DNA from: Paramoeba atlantica
Taxonomy: Eukaryota > Protista > Discosea
Reading direction: 5' to 3'
Length of the DNA: 64,000 nt
Assembly: GCA_977017575.1 (NCBI GenBank)
Contig: CDRNVI010000004.1
Coordinates: 620,001-684,000, forward strand
The number at the start of each line of letters is the position of its first letter. Positions within the stretch are counted from its first letter, which is position 1. Both the position numbers and the translations under genes were made by a program. This document shows, in pieces, positions 55,929 through 64,000 of the stretch. The notes below the pieces were generated by a model, which was given only the letters and a program-made list of their open reading frames with translations, ran no database searches and was not told the origin of the DNA.

Positions 55929-56615
55929 GGGTAATGCCCACTTACAATAAGTATATTGCACCCACTTTTCTATTTTGGGTCAAACTGTGCCACAGAGTTG
56001 AAATGGACAACATAGCCTAAAAAGCTACTGGATCACACGCCCGGTCACACAACATAGGAAAACAAGTACATAATTCTGCGGAAGGGACAAACGTTGGTTC
56101 TTAGTACGCGCCCCCGCTCGCTTCTGTGTGCAGGGAAGCTAAAATATAATTCTGTACCAGGGCTACGCCCACAGTTGGGCTTTGCTCACAGACGTGGGCT
56201 ACGCTCAAAGTTGGGCCTTACCTCCAGACAGGTAAACTAGGAGTCTTCTCAATATTTCCCACATCCCTAACATGGGGCAGCATGGTCCAACATGGGAGGA
56301 CACTCACCTCCTAGCAGGAGGCGGGACCTCCTAGCGGTCTTCCCCTCCACTGCCATGTGGCACTGACGCCAAGCTTTTTTTTGTGACATTTTATCTGTCC
56401 ATTGGCAGTTTATCTGCCCACAAGCATTTTATCTGTGCATGGGCATTTGACGTGTAAAGTGGCCAACTTTAAGCGTACTGCAACATTTTTTTAACGTAAA
56501 GTAGGCGGATGGAGGAAGTGAGATAAAGTGTGTGAAGTTACACTGCGCAAGAAAACATTACAATGCATTCATATCATTATTTTGAAAGTGGGTGCAATAT
56601 AAGTGGTCTGTACCC
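55929..56615. mobile_element. Non-autonomous element with GGGTA-starting TIRs (Merlin- or MULE-like ends)
   Basis: GGGTA...CCACTTA..ATATTGCACCCACTTT and its inverse; interrupts a repeat that is continuous at 51744-51960. Confidence 0.7.
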
Positions 56616-56896
56616 AAAAAAAAACTATTCTACAAACGTTTGTTCAAAATCGAGTCAATTCATAAGTCGAACTATTCATCACTGCTCTATCGGATTCGCT
56701 TTACTTTTACAAAAACTTTATGTAGAATACTTGTATGGTCAAGTATCGTACAATAGAATACATACATGTATTCTAATACATGTACATGTAGAAATAAGAA
56801 TACACACATGTAGAATACACACATGTAGAATACACACATGTAGAATACACACATGTACGTTCGAACACACTAGCGTACGAACTTAGCTTCGATATA

Positions 56897-57303
56897 CCGT
56901 AGAAACTTCAATTAAGGGTAAATAAAATTAAGGCAACTTTAATTGAGGCAATAATTAATTTTTTATCATTTTGGGGAAAATTAATTTCATGATTTCGTCT
57001 CAGACTTCTCCTTTCAATGATCGTTTTAGCTTTTCTCTCACACGTTGAACTGGTTGAAGACCGTAAAGGTAGGCGAAACGGGCGAAGCTTGTCTAGAAAA
57101 GTTCAAAAAACATGACAAATGATCAGAAATTGAGCACTTTTAGCAGAAATGTGATACTTATGCTACAAACAACAATATTAATACGAACTTTTTTGGGCTT
57201 TTATCAGCGCCACTTTAATTAAGGCAACTTTAATTGAGGCAATAATTAATTTTTAAATTCGTTCTGCCTTAATTACTTTTATCCTTAATAATCGTTTCAC
57301 CGG
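56897..57303. mobile_element. TA-flanked MITE with internal AATTAAGGCAACTTTAATTGAGGCAATAATTAA repeats
   Basis: TA|CCGTAGAAAC...ATTAAGG ... CCTTAAT..GTTTCACCGG|TA. Confidence 0.65.
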
Positions 57304-57324
57304 TAACCTTCTTGATTTATAAGT

Positions 57325-57954
57325 ATGTCGGACAGCGTGGCACATCGAGTTCGTGGTGCAGATTTACCGCAAGAGTACATTCTCGCTCTCTTCATCAAAG
57401 ATATTCCGAACCCTCGAAAATCGTGGACTACGCATACCCCCGCATGTGAGTGGCAGGGTGTGATGTGTGATGAGAAAAATCGTGTTCAAAGGTTGCAGTG
57501 AGATCGTCTTGGGATTTCCGGTCAACTACATTGGTCTCACTTGTCGAGCTCTTTGTTGCATTTGGATTTGAGTTCAGGATTTAGGTTTGACAGCGGTTGT
57601 GTGTACATAAATGGCGATATTCCACTCGTTGATTTTGCATCATTACCGCGAGGTCTCTTAGAGCTGATTCTTTGTCGTCTGGGTATCAGCGGGTCCCTTG
57701 AAGTAAGTGATCTTCCTCCTTCGCTTCTCGTATTGGATCTGAGCACAAACAAGATACGGGGCAGTCCGGATTTTACCGCTTTTCCAGAAACCATGATGGA
57801 GATCTTCCTTCATGACAATCCTATTAAAGGAACACCTGATCTTTCGAAACTTCCTCATGGCCTAGAACGGCTTACGCTCTTCAACACGCGACTAACATTT
57901 CCTTCTGGAATCCTCCCCTCTTGTGTCCAAACCTTAGATCCCTCTTTGGTGTGA
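57325..57954 (+). pseudogene. LRR family gene with an in-frame TGA (57499) at a conserved Trp position
   Basis: MSDSVAHRVRGADLPQEY...PACEWQGVMC...RLQ*DRLGISGQLHW then in frame with ORF 57541-57954. Confidence 0.85.
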
Positions 57955-58642
57955 TTCAAGCTACAATGCGGAAACTGCATGAACCATAATGATACGCAGA
58001 TAGAGAGAAACATTATGCCTTTCCTGGGAATGATTTTCTTACTTGTAAAAGATCCCGCATTCTTGGAAACTAAAAATCGAGAACCAAAGCGGGTATTTGT
58101 AATAAGCAAAACACTCTAGATTAGACTAACTAAATACATCTCGGAACTTACATACTTTGTACATACGCTGTTTTTACGGGAAACTTTAATCCAGGGACGC
58201 CCCCTTTTGGGTCAAACGAGTCCCGCAATTACTAGTAATTACGCTGGTTGTATGACTACCGCTCTACCATCGATTATTGAAAAATAAAGTGGGCAAAAGC
58301 AGTGAAAAAGAAGAACACAGTAATACAATAAAAGAAAGATTCACATAAGGGGCTCCGGCGGTCCAAATTTCTAGAAGGGGCATACCGCACGAAACGTTTT
58401 TCGAAAAAAAGTTTTTTCGTCCCTCAAGGGGTAGCCGGGGTCTTGTCGCGTAATTTCTGCCCCCCTACTCGGGGGTGACCCCCCCCGGTATCCGCAGGAC
58501 GGGTCCGCCAAGTTCGGATATTTTTAGAAAAAAAATGGTAAAACAAAGATTTGTGTACGTCTCTACTCTCTCTACGTCGAATATTCAACGAACGGGATTA
58601 GTTCGTTGTCGTCCACAGTCAGTAGTTCTGTGAAACGGATCT

Positions 58643-59545
58643 TTGAAACCGGACTGTAAGTACTGCTTTTACGATTTTGTACAAATGAACGTACGAGGCA
58701 CACTTATGAAAGACAGCGGTTCCAACTCACGTCGCGGTAAGGTTACCCCTATGTTACTGCCTCAAGCAGCTTTGATCCAACGATTTATTGACAATTTCAC
58801 CGAAAAACATGAGTCATGGCGTACAACTAAGAAGAATTCATTTGGACATGTCCAAAGTGTCTCCCCATGCAATTGGGAAGGAGTTAAATGTGATTCTGCG
58901 AACAATGTGGTTGAGATGACTTGGGGTTTTAAGCGTCTGACAGGTTATTTTTCATGTGAATATTTACCACGATCGCTTGTTCGTGGTATCTTCGTGGATA
59001 ATCAGCTATCTGGGTCCGTGACTCTCGAAGCGTTGCCACCTCATTTGGTTGAGTTGGAACTACGGCACAACAGGTTTACCGGTGGGATATGTCTAACGTG
59101 TTTGCCTGCTACCATACGCCTCATTCATCTGCAGCACAACCGGTTTGAAGGAGGTGTAGATCTTGCCCATTTATCTCTTAGCCTGCAAGAATTAAGACTC
59201 TCGTACAACAAATTTTCCGGTGGCGTCGATCTTTCGCATTTGCCGCCTAATATGCGACTTCTTGACATATCAGCAAACCGATTTTCAGGTCCCCTTCAAT
59301 TGCAACACTTGCCACCATTACTTGAGTGTATTTGTGCCAGTTTCAATTGCTTTTCGGGCCTCGTTATCTTTGATTCTCTTCCATCAGGAATGCAATACAT
59401 GTACGTAAATGACAACCCTGATATCTACGGCGTGGTTGACGAGTCCATTCTTTCTGAAACGTTGTTTCCAACACCACAAGCAAGAGCGCTGGTGTACATA
59501 CACAAAACTAAAATAGTTTGTCACGTCCGTGGGCAAAAGAAATAA
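58643..59545 (+). CDS. LRR family protein (~280-300 aa; true start may be 58685 or 58706)
   Basis: RRGKV, PCNWEGVKC, LRR units. Confidence 0.9.
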   Translation: MKPDCKYCFYDFVQMNVRGTLMKDSGSNSRRGKVTPMLLPQAALIQRFIDNFTEKHESWRTTKKNSFGHVQSVSPCNWEGVKCDSANNVVEMTWGFKRLTGYFSCEYLPRSLVRGIFVDNQLSGSVTLEALPPHLVELELRHNRFTGGICLTCLPATIRLIHLQHNRFEGGVDLAHLSLSLQELRLSYNKFSGGVDLSHLPPNMRLLDISANRFSGPLQLQHLPPLLECICASFNCFSGLVIFDSLPSGMQYMYVNDNPDIYGVVDESILSETLFPTPQARALVYIHKTKIVCHVRGQKK

Positions 59546-59703
59546 TACGCATGAAAAATGAAGTGAGCAAAGTTATCATTCGTAATGTTGTACAAGTGGT
59601 AGCCTACTGTCCTATTTAAAAAGTCCTTTTTGACGGAGTTTCGGGCTGCCTGTGGCGCGAACAACGTGTTTTGGTTCTATTGCGGAAAAAATAGTGATAC
59701 ATA

Positions 59704-60455
59704 CAGGCGGGTAATCAGATGCTGCGGGGGGTCTAAAAATTGCAAAACCCTTCCAATTTTGGAAATGGATAGCTCATTCGAGAGCTCTCGCAGAGTTCTA
59801 AAAGGGGGGTTCGTCTATTATTAACAACCATCTATTATTAAAAATGGTATTATTTCATCTATTATTAACATTCATATATTATTAACAAGAATTATTTTTC
59901 TTCATTTATCGCAGCTTCCCTAAAGGAGAATTCGCTAAAACTAACTTTCATGGAGCTTTTTTTCGTAAAAGTGGGGTTATTCTTGGGGACAAGGGTAGGA
60001 AACAAGCCTAAAATAAGCCGAAAAGGTCTATTGTTAATAATAGATGAAAAGTTCATCTTTTATTGAAAAAGGGGGTATTATTTCATCTATTATTAACAAA
60101 CCGTCTATTACTAGCAAAAAAGTTTGTTAATGATAGACGAACCCCCCCTTTATGTTTTTGCGCTATTTTCACCTCAAAAGAAAGCAATTTTGTCTATGGC
60201 ATTTTTTTAAAGTTTTTTTGCCCCTCTAAAATATGCAGTTTTTCCCAAATTTGCTCATTTTTTCGTTTTCGGATAATGCTCCTTGCCACAATAGAAGTTT
60301 TAGAACCTTTAAAGAAAACGAAGTCGTTGTCCCCGGGAAGCTGCCTTTTCTAAAACATAGAACTCTGCGAGAGCTCTCGAATGCGCTATCATTTTCCAAA
60401 GTTGGAAAGGTTTCGCAATTTTTAGACCCCCCGCAGCATCTGATTTACCCCCCTG
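59704..60455. mobile_element. Non-autonomous element with ~100-bp TIRs and a nested TCTATTATTAAC-motif MITE
   Basis: TA|CAGG.GGGTAATCAGATGCTGCGGGGGGTCTAAAAATTGC and its inverse; inner GGGGGGTTCGTCTAT ... ATAGACGAACCCCCC at ~59803-60148. Confidence 0.85.
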
Positions 60456-60583
60456 TATATTTTGGATATGTATAGTGTAGTTTATAATATCTATCTAAAT
60501 AATTAAAACTATCTAAATAAGTGTTATAAATAGTTCCAAGGTCCTCTTCCTTCTACACTTGTAGATTCATCTCACATTTCTAC

Positions 60584-61213
60584 ATGCGTCTACTGTATCC
60601 TTGTTGTGACACGGAACCGCCGCGTTCATCTTCGCGCCGCGGGAAAGTCTCCCGCGCTAACCTCCCCCCGGAGTTTTCTCTCTCTCGTATGGTTCAGGAT
60701 TTAGAAAATGCTCCAGCGCAGTGGACCCGGGATACCCCAGCGAGTCAATGGACCGGGGTCCGGGTCAACCCCTCCGGGGAGGTCGCCACGATAGAATGGA
60801 ACGGCATGGAGCTCAAGGGCCCGATGCGTTGGGAGCACACACCCGCCTCCGTGGAGGTCATAGCGTGTGGGTGGGATCGCACGCGCAGGTTGGGTCTGCG
60901 TAACCAACTCACCGGGAAACTTCAGCTGGCAAGTCTCCCGGGAGGGTTGGAGTCCTTGGATCTTTCCTTCAACGAGCTGGAAGGAAATTTGGAGGCCGCA
61001 TTGCTACCGCGAGCAATGAAAAAACTGGACGTGGAGTGGAATAACTTTTCGGGAGTGTTTGATTTTGAGGCTGTTCCGTCGTCGTTGGTGAAATTGAACC
61101 TCGCGCATAACATGAGACTTACGGGTACCTGTGCATCCTTGAAATATGAGGAGTATTTCTTTTTTGAGGTAAAAGGGACAGGAATTACGATAGAGCCGAT
61201 TGCCATGGAATAG
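60584..61213 (+). CDS. LRR family protein, 209 aa
   Basis: RRGKVSRANLPPE, PASQWTGVRV, LRR units. Confidence 0.88.
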   Translation: MRLLYPCCDTEPPRSSSRRGKVSRANLPPEFSLSRMVQDLENAPAQWTRDTPASQWTGVRVNPSGEVATIEWNGMELKGPMRWEHTPASVEVIACGWDRTRRLGLRNQLTGKLQLASLPGGLESLDLSFNELEGNLEAALLPRAMKKLDVEWNNFSGVFDFEAVPSSLVKLNLAHNMRLTGTCASLKYEEYFFFEVKGTGITIEPIAME

Positions 61214-61637
61214 TCAATCGATAATACTGGTTCATTTAAATAATAAAGTAGGAATATCAAATGCTGTCATCAATTAAGGGGTCTGAATGACTTTAAATCT
61301 TTAATTTGACGTGTCAAACATTCGTACCCTGGATTAATCTTGTAGTAAATTACTACATGATGATTAATCGATAGTAAATTACTACATTTTGGTTACTGAT
61401 TACTACACCGAATACTGATTACTACCTCGATTACTACATCCGCCTTTTGAGAGTGTGGAGCAGCAGTTTCGGACATGATTGGGGCAGGTACAAGAAGGAC
61501 TGATACGACATAAAGACACTCCTCGTGACACTCCTCGCAATCGGTGTCATATCCTACGTAGGTTGTTGAGATTTAGCAAAAACTTCTAAAGATATGTATG
61601 ATATTTTTTTTGGAGGGGGGATGATTTTTCGGATGTA

Positions 61638-61818
61638 CTGTCCCCCTCCCCTTAAGCGCACACGGTCGGACCCCCCGTTTAAGCACACATACATAGTTGA
61701 GGTGCAGAGCCGGGGGCCGCAAAGCGGCGCCACTTTTTTTTTGTGTAGTGATTCAGACCCCCTCCCGTTTAAGCGCACTTTTCACGGAAAACGAGGTGCG
61801 CTTAAACGGGGGGAACAG
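61638..61818. mobile_element. MITE with repeated CCCCGTTTAAGCGCAC motifs
   Basis: TA|CTGTCCCCC...TTAAGCGCAC ... GTGCGCTTAAACGGGGGGAACAG; homolog at 3078-3236. Confidence 0.8.
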
Positions 61819-62750
61819 CACCTTTTTAAAGGTGTATAATTATCACACCAGAGGACGTTATTATGATTATCACTGTATAAGAAACAAATAAACCACTGTC
61901 CGGGTTAGCATTCCTCGTATTATTCCTACCAGGAATATTAAGTGTCCCAATGGTGCTTAATATTCCTACCTCCCTCCTCCCTAACAGCTACCCTGTCTTT
62001 GCTTGCAATCCACGAATTTTTTGCAGTATTGAAAAGATCTCGTTCCCGTAAAGAAGCGCTTTGCCGCCTTTTTTTCATAGAGACCCCCTGGTGCCCGCTG
62101 GTGCAAAAAGTACGGATTTTTAGGACGTTTTTTGTGCGCACAACTATTTTTTCCGATTTATTTCATGATTTTGTGGGTTTTTTGAATGTGTGTAGACTGA
62201 ATAGTCCTCTAATTTCTTAGAGGCTTTCTTAGAGGCTCAAGCAATAATTCTGTACAAACATCAATAGCTATGCAATAGAGCGGATAAATTTGTAAACAAG
62301 CTAATTAAGCTTCACGATTACGCCACCCTTGCACGAGCCATTAAAAAATATTTTTCTTTCCTAAAACGACCCGTTCAAAAATAAAAAGTGTTAAACTCCA
62401 TTGATCCGGTTTCCAATAGGCTTCGAAAAGTAATGCAAAACAATGGAGGAAATTCTGTATATTGATTCGTTGTGGTTTTCTGAAAAATGTAGTAATCGGT
62501 AGTAATGTACTACATCGATTACTCCAGGGTGTGACCATTGTAAACATGTTATCGTCTACACTATCAAACATAGCTGTCATTCGACGTCGAATTCGACGTC
62601 GTTCGACGGTCGAAAGGTCGAAACATTTTGAGTGCTTGTGTGGTTTCTGAAAGAATTTTTTTCAACAGAATATATGTTTATAAAATGTTTAAAAAATGTA
62701 TTTGCAACCAGTCTTCTACTTTTTTGTGTTAATTTATTTCTTTTTTCACA

Positions 62751-64000
62751 ATGCACACCTCTGTTCGAGGAAGAGGGCGCATGATTCCTATCCGCATACC
62801 TTCTCCCCCAGCTCTTTCATCAGATGCAATCGTGCCAACTTTAGCTGAAGCAAATTCTTCCGAATCTGTTTCATCTACTACTCCTTCAGTTACTTCGGTT
62901 CGTGCCAAGAGAACCAATTCGGCGAAGAAGAATAGAACTGCCATGCAGCGAGATGCTTCCACGGAAGCAGCAGATGGTCCTACCCAGAGCAGATTTGAAA
63001 TTTCCGATAACGTTCCGTCAGGGAGTTATGTTCCTGTCTCAGTACGACGAGAGTGTACCGCGAGGCTTGAAGAGGAAATGTCGTCCTCTCCATCACAACA
63101 GGCAAGCTCTGTAAGGCAAGTAGTTCGAAAACAGCTTGTACAGGACCCAATGCGGTTTCCCCGTATTTCGACAAAATTCTTTCGTGAACGCTGCTTGGGA
63201 ATGGATACCCCGCCTGGTAGAACGAAAGATTTGGAGAAGAAAAACAAAGAGTGTCGCGAATACGCCGAGAAATATCCTCGGCCCCATCTCGTGAATACCA
63301 TGGGCCAGCGGACTCACATAAAGTGTCGCGACTGTCCGTGGTGGAGTCATTCGCTCCATAACAACCATTACTATCACCATATCAATCACACTTGTTTAGT
63401 GCGCGAGGGACAGAGAATCGCAAACGAACCGGAACTTTTTTCACTGACCCCGAACGACAATTCAATGAGTGTAAATGTTTTTGTTCGTCGCTGCGTTCCC
63501 TGTCTTGTGGCAAAGACGAACTTGTCATGCAAAGCTGCACACGCTTTACTTCGTAACTATGAAGAATTACGCCCCAAGCGAGCAAATACTGAAGAAATTC
63601 TCAATGCACTCGGCAACAATCACAGGGTCATGCGTGATTGGGAGAAGGACTTGGCCAACGAAATATGGGAAAAAATGATTTCAAAAATCGATATTCATCC
63701 TTTCTTCGGGGTAGCTGTGGATGCTGGGGTTGATTCCGTGCTCAACGAGCACGTATTAGTAGGGGTGGTGTATGTTTCAGATGAGCAATATCTATTACCA
63801 CCCATGTATCATCCGAAGCGGAAGGCATTCAACGGCAAAGAAACAGCTGAGAGTTTGGTTAATACATTGAATTCTATTCTCGGCATTACGCTGGTACGAA
63901 AAATGAGGTTTTTAATGGTGGACGGCTGTGCCGTTAACCACGTGGCCCGTGATGAGGCAGAAGGAGAATTAAAAAGAATATATGATCGCGTTCAAAGAAT
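62751..64000 (+). CDS. hAT transposase, open to the window edge (absent from the ORF track)
   Basis: Manual translation is stop-free from ATG 62751: BED-like CRDC..W..H..H, FFGVAVDAGVDSVLNEHVL, PPMYHP, FLMVDG; homologous to 15644-18069. Confidence 0.85.
   Translation, partial: MHTSVRGRGRMIPIRIPSPPALSSDAIVPTLAEANSSESVSSTTPSVTSVRAKRTNSAKKNRTAMQRDASTEAADGPTQSRFEISDNVPSGSYVPVSVRRECTARLEEEMSSSPSQQASSVRQVVRKQLVQDPMRFPRISTKFFRERCLGMDTPPGRTKDLEKKNKECREYAEKYPRPHLVNTMGQRTHIKCRDCPWWSHSLHNNHYYHHINHTCLVREGQRIANEPELFSLTPNDNSMSVNVFVRRCVPCLVAKTNLSCKAAHALLRNYEELRPKRANTEEILNALGNNHRVMRDWEKDLANEIWEKMISKIDIHPFFGVAVDAGVDSVLNEHVLVGVVYVSDEQYLLPPMYHPKRKAFNGKETAESLVNTLNSILGITLVRKMRFLMVDGCAVNHVARDEAEGELKRIYDRVQR

Overview
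Intron-less eukaryotic DNA that looks euglenozoan, most plausibly an early-branching kinetoplastid such as a Perkinsela-like prokinetoplastid. This is inference from spliced-leader (SL) exon-like sequences, two KAP-like HMG-box proteins, and all host genes lying on one strand. Host genes, all on the + strand: 11 copies of a short LRR-protein family (4 disrupted), two KAP-like paralogs, TRM61, a PTB-like two-RRM protein and a 1353-aa unknown. The intergenic DNA is packed with transposons: Tc1/mariner and pogo remnants, many TA-flanked MITE families, Merlin, two PIF/Harbinger-like and two hAT transposases, and CRE-clade non-LTR retrotransposons. The most notable signal is a candidate SL-headed retroposon system outside any SL array. 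(1) A full-length CRE-clade element has an intact RT-RLE ORF2 whose N-terminus carries three regularly spaced 2A/StopGo-like motifs and two AT-hooks; it begins with an SL-exon copy and is bounded by an ATTCTGAATT..GATAAAGATAC repeat. (2) A 590-bp non-coding, highly structured, SL-headed SINE-like element is inserted cleanly into an LRR gene next to TGAATTAA, with two further partial copies in the window. The CRE sits inside a hAT element with a 6-bp TSD, which itself splits a Harbinger-like transposase at its predicted catalytic Glu codon. All assignments come from reading motifs by eye; no searches were run.
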